Shown one piece after another: positions 20,438-29,592 of a stretch of 64,000 nucleotides of DNA (within the stretch, counting starts at the first letter, position 1; every line of letters begins with the position of its first letter). The stretch is from sequence record PX915678.1, one strand, 5' to 3'. The stretch comes from a phage. Under the pieces are notes generated by a model. It searched no databases. It was given only the letters and a program-made list of their open reading frames with translations, and was not told the origin of the DNA. The position numbers and the translations under genes are program-made.

Positions 20438-21439
20438 TTACTTAATTAACTGTAAAGCTTGTTCAAGACGATCCAGGCGATTAACAGATTCTTCCCAAAT
20501 CCTTTTAGCCTGCTCATATTCTTTCTGCGCTTTATTAGAAATTTCTAGAACTTCTTTATAAGCCTTTTCTAGTGCAATAACTTCTGGACGAATTTCTACA
20601 GGTTCAGGCGAATCATCAAGATTATCCATTAGTTCCTCAAGTGTAATTTCTTCTTTAGGAGTATTCACAATTTCATCACATTTTTGTTGGTAAATTTCTT
20701 TATCAGTCGGTGAGTACGCACATTTCACTTCACGAAGACTAACTACAATTTTATATCCTTCCCAACCGCATATATTCTTAAAAGGATACGTATGAATATT
20801 TTCTACTGTTTCCATACAAAGTAATGCGGTTTCTAATTGACGAGTTATAGTGCTAGCAATTGAGAAAAATTTATTAATGTTCTTTTGGTTAGTTTCTGGT
20901 GTAAAAAATCCATAATTCACAAAAATAGATACTTTATTTTTATCAAGTTCATATTCTTTTATGATAATCATATCAGAAGCCAAAGGATGAATTTGACGAT
21001 AATCGCCATAACATAATTTAGAAGCTGATTTTAGAATCTGTCCTTTGAAAAGTCTGAAATTACTAATCCAACGACGAGTAAAAATATTCTCAGGGTCTTC
21101 TTTATTATTAAGATGATAAGAATTAACATCACCGAACCAATTATATCCTACTACATCTTTGGTTCGTTTAATTTCTTTCCCAAAATTACCAAGAATATCC
21201 CGATTAACCAAATATGAAAGAAGACGAGACTCTTTAAAGGTTTTCTTGATAACATCTTTATCTACACGGCTAGAAATTTTACGAATTTCATGAATAAATT
21301 TAACAGAAGAAACAATACTTGCGTCAACACTATTGAGCCATTGATTGATAATAGAAATAACGCTATTTTGACCAAACATCGGTATAGCTTTATCATCAAT
21401 AACACTATTGAATGATTTGATATATTCGTTACGAGTCAT
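20438..21439 (-). CDS. coiled-coil-tailed paralog family protein B
   Basis: ORF from MTRNEYIKSFNSVI (333 aa), C-terminal heptad-rich tail. Confidence 0.6.
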   Translation of the reverse strand: MTRNEYIKSFNSVIDDKAIPMFGQNSVISIINQWLNSVDASIVSSVKFIHEIRKISSRVDKDVIKKTFKESRLLSYLVNRDILGNFGKEIKRTKDVVGYNWFGDVNSYHLNNKEDPENIFTRRWISNFRLFKGQILKSASKLCYGDYRQIHPLASDMIIIKEYELDKNKVSIFVNYGFFTPETNQKNINKFFSIASTITRQLETALLCMETVENIHTYPFKNICGWEGYKIVVSLREVKCAYSPTDKEIYQQKCDEIVNTPKEEITLEELMDNLDDSPEPVEIRPEVIALEKAYKEVLEISNKAQKEYEQAKRIWEESVNRLDRLEQALQLIK

Positions 21440-21496
21440 ATTAATCTCCTCAGTAGAAAGTAAGAACATTATACCACATCCTTGTGGCGAAGTAAA

Positions 21497-22519
21497 CTAG
21501 TTTAGTGCATTTAATGCATTGTTCAGTTTAGAACGTTGCTTCGTAAGATTTTTGACTTTTTCTTGAGCTTTTTCTAGTATCTTTTCAGCTTCTAGCACTT
21601 CATTAGTTGCTTTAACGAGTTCATCATCTACTGCCTTGATAGACTTCTCAATCGCATCTGCATGCCATTTTTCAACAGGTTTAAGACTCGGATTTTCAAC
21701 AGGAAGAAAATTCACTTTATTGAATTTCCATGAATCCTTATTACCTGAGCTATACATCCAAAATTTAGGATCGTTTGATGAGTAATTGGATAAATTTAAT
21801 TTATCTTGCACTTCTTGCTTTTTCTCTTGCGGGACTTCGTCCTTTCTCAAAAAATCGTATTTAAATGAAACGATCATATCAAGTTCATATGTTGTTGTGT
21901 CTAATTTAAATCGCTCAAAACGAGGTAAAATCTTAGACTGAACACTAGCAACAACATCCATATACTTAAATGCTTCTGTCAACTGTGATTTAAGGCATTC
22001 ACAAATTGAAAGAGAATTTTTTGTGTTAGGTTTAAAGCTAATTCGTGCAGTTCTATTATTTTCTTTTAATGGTCTTACTTCCATCTGAAGAGTATAACCA
22101 TCAAATTTCAGATTCTTTAAGTTAATATCAGAACCTTTTAATCGACTCGCAGTTGATAAAATTTGCTTTAATTGTTTACGGAATAGAGCAATAAATCTCC
22201 ATTCAATACGATAATGATTTGGATTGAAAAATCCAGATGATAAATCGACCTTACTTTGACCAACGCCTTGAACAAATAAAGGATTTTTATAATCAATAGT
22301 TTTACAGAAATCGGTGAGCTGCTCACGGGCCGTCATTTGTGTAATATATCCTGCTTTACTAAAATTACGCACCCATTCACTGCTATTCGTATACTTAAAG
22401 TGATGAATAACACGATTAACTTTATCAGGGTCTAAATTATTTTCACACAAAAATGTCATAACATCACGAGTATAGCTGGCATTACGAACCATATCTTCAA
22501 TTTGAGAACGAGTTTTCAT
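21497..22519 (-). CDS. coiled-coil-tailed paralog family protein C
   Basis: 340-aa ORF MKTRSQIEDMVRNAS..., motif FKYMDVVASV similar to LSKMDVVESF in A; C-terminal coiled coil. Confidence 0.6.
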   Translation of the reverse strand: MKTRSQIEDMVRNASYTRDVMTFLCENNLDPDKVNRVIHHFKYTNSSEWVRNFSKAGYITQMTAREQLTDFCKTIDYKNPLFVQGVGQSKVDLSSGFFNPNHYRIEWRFIALFRKQLKQILSTASRLKGSDINLKNLKFDGYTLQMEVRPLKENNRTARISFKPNTKNSLSICECLKSQLTEAFKYMDVVASVQSKILPRFERFKLDTTTYELDMIVSFKYDFLRKDEVPQEKKQEVQDKLNLSNYSSNDPKFWMYSSGNKDSWKFNKVNFLPVENPSLKPVEKWHADAIEKSIKAVDDELVKATNEVLEAEKILEKAQEKVKNLTKQRSKLNNALNALN

Positions 22520-22527
22520 GGTGTTCC

Positions 22528-23439
22528 TTAAGATTTAAGTAAATCAACAATTTTAATTAACTTTTCACGCTCAGATTTAGCTTTACTATTCAGTCCAGAT
22601 AGTCTGAAAATTTCATCATCATATTGTTGAATAGAAATATTCAGCTCTTCAATCTGTTTATTAAAATAATCAATTTGTTCAAAATGTTTTTCGTTACTAT
22701 GAACTGGTACAGGTTTTGTAGGCAATGTAGTTGAACTGGATTCATCCGGGCGATAAATTAAAATACAACTTGAACCAATAGGGCATTTTGCATCAGATGA
22801 ATATTCTAATGTTCCAGCTTCTTTTAAAACTTCAAAAGCTAAACAGAGATGATGACCCATATTGACATAATCTGTAGAGTGAGCTCTGATATAATAATCA
22901 TCGCCACGAGTACTAAATTTAAAGCATTTAAGGTCTTCTGTATTATTGGTCTTAAAAATCATTTGTTTATCTAGACCTTTAGCTAATCGAGCGCCTAATG
23001 CTAATAATCGTCTTTGATTTTCCCACAAATCCGCAATCATTTGATCGAATGATAATTTTGGCATTAGTCGACCATAAAGGTCATATCCTTTATTATAATT
23101 ACGAAGGATTTCACTCGCGTTAATACGAGACAATGCTCCAATTTTATTAAGGGCTTTCATAATGCGATTAGATAAACTCATTCCAGACCCATTTGTTCGC
23201 TGCAAATGTTTTTCTAATCCAAATCCAATATCAACTTTAAACTTATCTAAAATTTCTGCATGAACATCTCTGTCAATAACATTCAAATCCAAAGTTGGGT
23301 TAAATCTATGAAAAAATTTATCCGGCTCTCCACGGCGAAATACAGTCCATTCATTCATCATTTTTTTATTAACTAAAGATTTAATTACTGCATTGACATT
23401 ATTAATTACTACTGACATATTTTCCTCACTCAATTTCAA
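22528..23439 (-). CDS. coiled-coil-tailed paralog family protein D (most divergent)
   Basis: 303-aa ORF with C-terminal heptad-rich tail. Confidence 0.55.
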   Translation of the reverse strand: MKLSEENMSVVINNVNAVIKSLVNKKMMNEWTVFRRGEPDKFFHRFNPTLDLNVIDRDVHAEILDKFKVDIGFGLEKHLQRTNGSGMSLSNRIMKALNKIGALSRINASEILRNYNKGYDLYGRLMPKLSFDQMIADLWENQRRLLALGARLAKGLDKQMIFKTNNTEDLKCFKFSTRGDDYYIRAHSTDYVNMGHHLCLAFEVLKEAGTLEYSSDAKCPIGSSCILIYRPDESSSTTLPTKPVPVHSNEKHFEQIDYFNKQIEELNISIQQYDDEIFRLSGLNSKAKSEREKLIKIVDLLKS

Positions 23440-23833
23440 TTTTACTAAATATACAGAATAAGATGGAACAGACTATATAAGCACCACACACAGATTGAAC
23501 TAATACCATTCCAAAGAACCAAACAATATTATCAAACAATGTCTGTTTTACGTCGAAAGGACGTAAACTTACAGTAATATTATCACCTTTTTCTATTGAA
23601 GAATACATCTCTGGGGAAATATATTCACTAAATCTATAACCGTCTTTAAGTTCATATACGGCAATAAACGATAAACTAGACCCTTTTCCTTGTGTTCCTG
23701 TAATGGTATTAACTACAGTAACATCATAATCTTTATAATGCATATAATCATTAATTGCGTAATAACCATATGCAACTACTACACATAAACAACATATCAA
23801 TAAATTCAATCTTTTAATTATCAACTGTTTCAT
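23426..23833 (-). CDS. membrane protein (2 predicted TM segments)
   Basis: 135-aa ORF, hydrophobic N- and C-terminal segments. Confidence 0.5.
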   Translation of the reverse strand: MKQLIIKRLNLLICCLCVVVAYGYYAINDYMHYKDYDVTVVNTITGTQGKGSSLSFIAVYELKDGYRFSEYISPEMYSSIEKGDNITVSLRPFDVKQTLFDNIVWFFGMVLVQSVCGAYIVCSILFCIFSKIEIE

Positions 23834-23888
23834 AATAATCTCAATTAAAAGGGCTTAGAACCATTATACCATCCTTGGTATAAAGCGG

Positions 23889-24416
23889 TTATGCGAGTAC
23901 CGTCTTTAACCGTTCTTCAAACTTCCGAAGAGTATTTTGGCGTTCAGCTCTTTGCTTTTTGTAAGTTTCAATACGCTCTGAAATGAGAGTGTATCGTTCA
24001 TTTACCGATTCTTTCATAAAATCAGGAATTTCACGAGAAGCTTTAATCTCGTCAAATTTATCAATAACAGCTTGCTCTTCAGCAATTAAGTTATCATACA
24101 TTAAAATATCTTTCTTGATGAACTCAATATCTTCTTGAGTTACACGAGATAATTTAGATGCTTTATCCTTTTTGTACTGTTCGTTAGTATCACGAGACCA
24201 GTGCAATGTACGATTTTTATTCGTATTTTTGTAAATTTCTACAATACCGATCTCATCAATAATAACGATCCAATTCCAACGGGATTTGTAAATTTGTCCT
24301 CCATCAACAGTGATTTCACCTCCGATTGAGATGTCGTTAAAGAACTTGCTTTGCGCTTCAGATTTAAATTTACCATCGTTGTAATTTACCAAGTTGAAAA
24401 TATCTTTAGCGTTCAT
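23889..24416 (-). CDS. hypothetical protein
   Basis: 175-aa ORF MNAKDIFNL... starting 20 nt downstream of early promoter leader. Confidence 0.55.
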   Translation of the reverse strand: MNAKDIFNLVNYNDGKFKSEAQSKFFNDISIGGEITVDGGQIYKSRWNWIVIIDEIGIVEIYKNTNKNRTLHWSRDTNEQYKKDKASKLSRVTQEDIEFIKKDILMYDNLIAEEQAVIDKFDEIKASREIPDFMKESVNERYTLISERIETYKKQRAERQNTLRKFEERLKTVLA

Positions 24417-24441
24417 TTTGTGTTCCTCCGTAGTTGATAGT

Positions 24442-24476
24442 TGTATAGTACCACAGAGGAACAGTCTTGTAAACCA
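24442..24476 (-). promoter_or_regulatory. T4 early-type promoter
   Basis: mRNA-sense GGTTTACAAGACTGTTCCTCTGTGGTACTATACAACTATCAAC. Confidence 0.55.
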
Positions 24477-24791
24477 CTAAAAGAAACTTCTTTCACAATT
24501 TTTTCCACTGAACCAGGCGCTCACTGCTTTCTTAGTCTCAGGAGCAGTGTTATCCATAAACCATTCAAAGGCAGCCTTTTTATGATTCTGGAGGGCTTCT
24601 CGGGCTTTAATCTGCTCACGGTCTATTAACACTAACATATGAGCCTTTCTTGTCACCATGGGCTTCTTATGATTTTTTGAATACTCCCAGTCATTTGTCC
24701 ATCGCATTGTCGTTGCGAACTGAAATACTGCTTCTTTAATTTTAGTTTCGTAAATTTCACGAGCCTTTGAGTATAACATCACTACCTCCAT
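24477..24791 (-). CDS. hypothetical protein
   Basis: 104-aa ORF. Confidence 0.45.
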   Translation of the reverse strand: MEVVMLYSKAREIYETKIKEAVFQFATTMRWTNDWEYSKNHKKPMVTRKAHMLVLIDREQIKAREALQNHKKAAFEWFMDNTAPETKKAVSAWFSGKNCERSFF

Positions 24792-24880
24792 TCACCAGTT
24801 TAATTCTAGTCATCTTTTTAATGGCAGTCCATATAATCTATTTCTGAACTGCCTTTTTGTCGTAGAAGTCCTCTTATGAA

Positions 24881-25849
24881 TTATTTCAGAAGAGTAACCT
24901 CAGCGATTTCTTCCCAACCGTTTTTGTCGGTCATAATAAAGTCAGCAAGATAAAGAGCAGTACGCAGTGAAACATTGCGTAAACGATTAACATTAACTTT
25001 CATCCATGATAATGCTTTATAAGTTTCTTCATCAGAAAGACCGCGCTTTTGCATCATGTCAGTTGAAAGAATAACATCTTCAACCCTGACCATAATTTCT
25101 TCATTAGTGTGAACACCCAAATCTAAATAAACTGAGCGGGACACTAATGCTTGTAAATGTGGAGCAAGTTTAGTACCACGGTCTAATTCGCGGTCAATGT
25201 CAACGTTTGTGATAAAAACAATCGTTCCTTTAAATTCAAACTCACGCTCAATGCCTTTTTCTTCTAAGTAAGAAGACGCAGTGCTCCAGCAGACTTTACG
25301 GGTCTCTCCAGTGTCCAGAGCGGCTTTTAGAAGATTAAGAATGTCCATATCAGAGAAAACATCTACATCATCAATCAAAAGGACAGAATTCTCTTCACGA
25401 TTATTCCAAAGCTGCTCATAAAGACCAATACCAGAGATTTTACCATTAATGCTTTTATATTCAATGTATCCAATATCATTTGCTTTATTTAAAGCTTTAT
25501 CTAAAGAATACGTTTTACCAATACCTGCTGCGCCAGAGATAATTAATGAACGAATATTTCCGTTAATAATACCATTCGTCATCATTCCCATAACATTAAA
25601 TCTTTTATTAATGCGGGTTTTCATATCTTCATATGATTCTTTAACTTCTTCAACTTTTACACCATCATATGAAATATCTGATTTGTAAACCCAAACACCG
25701 CGACGTTTACCGTCAATTTCAACAAAAACTTTACCATCTCCTTGTGCATCTACCGGAGCATTATCTGGGAACCATTCGCCTAAGAGCTCAAAAGTTCCAG
25801 AGATTTCTTTACCGAAGTAGATACCCTTATTAATAGTTACAGTTTTCAT
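24881..25849 (-). CDS. P-loop ATPase (AAA-like)
   Basis: ORF from MKTVTINKGIYFGK (SD GGAG); Walker A GAAGIGKT, Walker B VLLIDDVD. Confidence 0.65.
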   Translation of the reverse strand: MKTVTINKGIYFGKEISGTFELLGEWFPDNAPVDAQGDGKVFVEIDGKRRGVWVYKSDISYDGVKVEEVKESYEDMKTRINKRFNVMGMMTNGIINGNIRSLIISGAAGIGKTYSLDKALNKANDIGYIEYKSINGKISGIGLYEQLWNNREENSVLLIDDVDVFSDMDILNLLKAALDTGETRKVCWSTASSYLEEKGIEREFEFKGTIVFITNVDIDRELDRGTKLAPHLQALVSRSVYLDLGVHTNEEIMVRVEDVILSTDMMQKRGLSDEETYKALSWMKVNVNRLRNVSLRTALYLADFIMTDKNGWEEIAEVTLLK

Positions 25850-25880
25850 TTTATTCTCCAAATCCGTATCAGTTGATAGT

Positions 25881-25915
25881 TGTATAGTACCATAAAGCTT
25901 TATGCTTGTAAACCG
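25881..25915 (-). promoter_or_regulatory. T4 early-type promoter
   Basis: mRNA-sense CACAAAACGGTTTACAAGCATAAAGCTTTATGGTACTATACAACTATCAAC. Confidence 0.55.
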
Positions 25916-25942
25916 TTTTGTGAAAAAATTTTGAAATAAAAA

Positions 25943-25962
25943 AGGGAGCCCGAAGGCTCCCT
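25943..25962 (-). terminator. GC stem-loop (AGGGAGCC-UUCG-GGCUCCCU)
   Basis: 8-bp inverted repeat directly after stop of nucleotidyltransferase ORF. Confidence 0.5.
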
Positions 25963-25963
25963 A

Positions 25964-26977
25964 TCATTTATAATAACTTCGATGGTTTTCAAGATAAACC
26001 CTCTCAAGGAAGTCATCCCAGAAACCCATGTCTACTTTTTGCTGCATACCGTTCTTAGAAGCTTCAATGGATGCTGCTTCTACTTGATCGACCACATCTT
26101 CCAAAAACTCTTGAACAGTTTTAAATGGATGTTTACCCAACTTCACGTCGAGAATAAATGGAGCGTCTTGAAGTGGATAGACTAAGTCACCAGTTTTGTA
26201 AATTTCCAATAGTTGGAGTCCACCACGGCAAGCATGACTCAGAGCTTTCCAGTCAATGCCCTCATTCGCTTCAGCCTTACGAGCACGTTCGCCGTATTCA
26301 GCATCAAGTTTATTCAAAGATTGCTTAAGCTCGATAAGAGAAAGCGTTGTTTGATATTTACGACCCAACACAGTGTAGAACGTTTGTGGGCCTGTTTTCT
26401 CATGATTATGGAATACCCATTCGCAGAACTCGTTCTCTGGAAGACGATGCTTAATATCTTCAACTTTAGTTCGACGCTGCTTAATGGAACCGTCTTCTTG
26501 GTAATCAACCCATTGCTCAGGGATTTGATTAACTACTTTCAATACATCACGTAATGCGGCCAAACGAGAACCTTTAACACCGTATTTAGAAGCTTGCTTG
26601 CGAACATATCCTAAGTAGGATTTCATGTTGGTCGTATAAAAACGAGAACGGTTGTCTTGAATAAACTTCCATACATCAGGCAAATCAGATTTAACTACTA
26701 GTTCCGGTGGAGTGTGGAGCATATCCAATGCTACAGTTTCACCATCTGCTGCTAATTTAAAGAAATACTTAAGACTGTATAGTTCATGGTCAATATCATC
26801 TTTAGTGTTTTTAGATGATGTGTTGTTAGTGTTTTTACTCATATGCTCTTTAACATTTCCAATAAGAATATCGCGAGCAGGAGGAACAAAGATTTCTTTA
26901 AAATCTACATCAGATTCTGGAGTAGAAGTTCCATAAAGATGACTACCAAAATAGCTTTTCATTACTGTTTTCATCAT
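25964..26977 (-). CDS. predicted nucleotidyltransferase (Pol-beta superfamily-like)
   Basis: 337-aa ORF; N-terminal motif FGSHLYGTSTPESDVDF (G[GS]x9-13Dx[DE] signature). Confidence 0.55.
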   Translation of the reverse strand: MMKTVMKSYFGSHLYGTSTPESDVDFKEIFVPPARDILIGNVKEHMSKNTNNTSSKNTKDDIDHELYSLKYFFKLAADGETVALDMLHTPPELVVKSDLPDVWKFIQDNRSRFYTTNMKSYLGYVRKQASKYGVKGSRLAALRDVLKVVNQIPEQWVDYQEDGSIKQRRTKVEDIKHRLPENEFCEWVFHNHEKTGPQTFYTVLGRKYQTTLSLIELKQSLNKLDAEYGERARKAEANEGIDWKALSHACRGGLQLLEIYKTGDLVYPLQDAPFILDVKLGKHPFKTVQEFLEDVVDQVEAASIEASKNGMQQKVDMGFWDDFLERVYLENHRSYYK

Positions 26978-27435
26978 TCAGCCTTATATTCAATAACAGG
27001 ACATACTTTAGCTTTACGCGCTTTTAAAAATTCGACGATAATAGATTTCTTGGGTTGAATAGGAGGTAAACCTTTATACGCCCTATCAATATTTTCTACA
27101 TGTAAAGCATAATCCTTTTTCCATTTATAATCTTTATATTTTTCATGCAGTTGTGCAGGAATAACAAATGAACCAATAATAAGTAAAACAAGCAAAATGG
27201 CAAGTATAAATGCTGATGGAATAAGAGTCCATAAACTACCAAAAATAAGCCATTTCTGCATGATTTCCGCACAGATAATAGTTAGACCTGCGAGTATAGT
27301 ACATCCGAAAAAAGAAACGAAAAATGTAGGGATAACAATAGACCAAAAGTATGCACACAGTGTCTTAGGTCGTTTCCATTCATCATTAAACAGTTTGAAT
27401 AATTTATAGTGCCAAGAGTTTTCATTAATAATCAT
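26974..27435 (-). CDS. membrane protein
   Basis: 153-aa ORF with 2-3 hydrophobic helices. Confidence 0.5.
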   Translation of the reverse strand: MIINENSWHYKLFKLFNDEWKRPKTLCAYFWSIVIPTFFVSFFGCTILAGLTIICAEIMQKWLIFGSLWTLIPSAFILAILLVLLIIGSFVIPAQLHEKYKDYKWKKDYALHVENIDRAYKGLPPIQPKKSIIVEFLKARKAKVCPVIEYKAE

Positions 27436-27437
27436 AA

Positions 27438-27959
27438 TTATCCTTTCATTGAAGGTGTAACAGTTGTTAAATACTTAATCATAGCTTCAGCTTCTGATTT
27501 TGATAATGAAATTTCTCCATTGTTTTGACGAATAGAAATAAAATCCGGATGACGGTCACCACCAGCTTTTAAAATACACATATAAGTATCAGTTTCATCT
27601 TCAATATCTGAAATAATTGAAGCAGTTCCACATGAATGTGGTTTTTGATAAATCAATGCAGCTTTTCTTCCACCGTTTGACTGTTCATAAACTTTTAACA
27701 CATCAAACAAATCGCTTCTTTTATCAATAGCTAAGATGTTGTTTTCATCTTCAATGTTAAATCCTTCGGATACTTCATAAAGTGTCACCCATAAATCACC
27801 TATATCGATAGTAGCATTTCCTTTTCCACGACTTTCAAGAATATGACAAATTTTCTTGATTTCGTCATAACTCATTTTAATAATATCATCTCCTTGAATA
27901 AGGAAGATGTCATTTTTAAATTCAACGCGAATTAAACCACTTCCACTTGAAATAAACAT
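27438..27959 (-). CDS. hypothetical protein, paralog pair member 1
   Basis: 173-aa ORF; C-terminus ISLSKSEAEAMIKYLTTVTPSM resembles neighbour. Confidence 0.5.
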   Translation of the reverse strand: MFISSGSGLIRVEFKNDIFLIQGDDIIKMSYDEIKKICHILESRGKGNATIDIGDLWVTLYEVSEGFNIEDENNILAIDKRSDLFDVLKVYEQSNGGRKAALIYQKPHSCGTASIISDIEDETDTYMCILKAGGDRHPDFISIRQNNGEISLSKSEAEAMIKYLTTVTPSMKG

Positions 27960-27965
27960 ATTTCC

Positions 27966-28520
27966 TCACTTTGAAATCATAGTTGGAATGACAGAATCAA
28001 GATAAGTCTTTAGCGCAATAGCTTCGTCTTTGGTAAATGTGACAATATGCGATCGAAAATCATCAATTTGACGAATAGTTAAGACATCTCCATCTTCATA
28101 ACATTTTGATACGTTTAAAACAGTTTCATCATTCTGATTGCAAGCGTTAGTAATAATAGCATTGCAATTTTTAAACCATTTTAAACTATGTTTTCTTTCA
28201 TTAGAATAATAAAAATATTTAATCTTATCTATAAAACTGTCCCAATGAATAACTGATAAACATATTGACTCGCTTTCAATATTAAATCCTGGGCATGAAG
28301 AATAAAAATGAATTTTATGCTCATCATTAATGCTTACAATTTTATCAGTATAAGGATTTTCAATTTGGGTTAAATGAATGATTTCACTAGGCGTAAAATA
28401 CATCATATCATCTTCTTGCGTCAAACGATACATATTATTTACTTTTTCTATAGCTAATTCACCAAAAAGTGAACTAACTTCTAGTACTAATCGTTTCATA
28501 TTAATCCTTTTTATTGGCAT
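27966..28520 (-). CDS. hypothetical protein, paralog pair member 2
   Basis: 184-aa ORF; C-terminus VTFTKDEAIALKTYLDSVIPTM resembles neighbour. Confidence 0.5.
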   Translation of the reverse strand: MPIKRINMKRLVLEVSSLFGELAIEKVNNMYRLTQEDDMMYFTPSEIIHLTQIENPYTDKIVSINDEHKIHFYSSCPGFNIESESICLSVIHWDSFIDKIKYFYYSNERKHSLKWFKNCNAIITNACNQNDETVLNVSKCYEDGDVLTIRQIDDFRSHIVTFTKDEAIALKTYLDSVIPTMISK

Positions 28521-28779
28521 GAATTTGTTTTAAAATTTTAGAGTATTCCTTTGTATCAGATTTACGTACAATCGATACACTATAAGGCATACTATCGGTG
28601 TCTTTTATAAAACGTTCCAAATGACACTCTAACAAAATTTCTGGGTTATAAATCGTGTACATCAAATTACCTGTTGCTCCACGATATTGACAGATTTCTA
28701 CTGATTGAGCGTCATTCCACAATTTTGTTAAGACTAAATCACCTACTTCTAATTTCGGAAAGCTCACATTATTCACCAA
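28501..28779 (-). CDS. hypothetical protein (non-ATG start in track; true start uncertain)
   Basis: 92-aa ORF; track start is TTG/GTG. Confidence 0.35.
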   Translation of the reverse strand: MVNNVSFPKLEVGDLVLTKLWNDAQSVEICQYRGATGNLMYTIYNPEILLECHLERFIKDTDSMPYSVSIVRKSDTKEYSKILKQIHANKKD

Positions 28780-28944
28780 TTAAAGTTTCAATTAATTCTC
28801 TTAACTTAAAAGCTTGTTCACTTGTCATTACATACTCCTTTGAATAATATCAATAATATTGTTCACCAGATTATAAGTAAACATTGGGTAATTATATTGA
28901 ATCATCACATACACAACAAACAAAACTTTCATTCTCTTCTCCTT

Positions 28945-28992
28945 GGCAGTTGACAAGATTACTATATCATAACCTTGCCAACTTGTAAACCA
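28945..28992 (-). promoter_or_regulatory. early-type promoter candidate
   Basis: mRNA-sense GGTTTACAAGTTGGCAAGGTTATGATATAGTAAT: -35 GTTTAC and AT-rich -10. Confidence 0.35.
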
Positions 28993-28993
28993 T

Positions 28994-29166
28994 TAAATGA
29001 CGTTTTCAATAAAATTCTGAAGCTTTGTGTGAGCATCAACCATAATTTTCATTTCTTCCTTTGCGAAAGCTGTACCTCTTTCTCGAGCAGAATACTCATA
29101 GTCAGAAACTGCATTAGCATATTCTTCAATTAGCTTCATTAAAAACATCTGCTTTTCAGTTTTCAT
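28994..29166 (-). CDS. hypothetical small protein (57 aa, below ORF-track cutoff)
   Basis: Manual translation MKTEKQMFLMKLIEEYANAVSDYEYSAREGTAFAKEEMKIMVDAHTKLQNFIENVI. Confidence 0.3.
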
Positions 29167-29350
29167 TATTCCACCTAATCATTTCAAGATATTGAACTAA
29201 CTTAGCTTTGGATTTATCCAAATCCTTTTTAGCTGCTTCTATACCATCGTATGAGTATCCTTCACAATGCTCAACTGCCAATTGGTATGAATCTATTTCA
29301 ATATCACGTGCTAATTTAATGATTTTTTCAAACTGTTCACGTGTTAGCAT
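29156..29350 (-). CDS. hypothetical protein
   Basis: 64-aa ORF. Confidence 0.45.
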   Translation of the reverse strand: MLTREQFEKIIKLARDIEIDSYQLAVEHCEGYSYDGIEAAKKDLDKSKAKLVQYLEMIRWNNEN

Positions 29351-29352
29351 AC

Positions 29353-29592
29353 TTAAACTCTCGTATTATGATCGATAATTTCATCAAGAAACATATCTAA
29401 AGCTTCTACAGCATTATCAACTTTAGCTTCAAATTTTTCAATACCTTTATTTGCAATGCCTGACGAAAACCAGGCAAAGTCACTAAGTTCCTCATCTGCT
29501 TTGCGAATTAAAGCTACCAATTCTTTAATTTTATCTGCTTGTTCAATGCTAATCATTATTCCACCACATATGAAAGAGAGAATATTGCACAC
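29353..29592 (-). CDS. hypothetical protein
   Basis: 79-aa ORF. Confidence 0.45.
   Translation of the reverse strand: MCNILSFICGGIMISIEQADKIKELVALIRKADEELSDFAWFSSGIANKGIEKFEAKVDNAVEALDMFLDEIIDHNTRV

Noticed and set aside
20418-23874. Two similar hairpins containing CCATCCTTGG (20418-20433 and 23859-23874)
   Set aside because: On the coding strand the second overlaps an extended -10 (TGGTATAAT) preceded by a MotA-box-like GCTTTA, so it is better explained as promoter sequence; the shared 10-mer is short enough to be coincidental.
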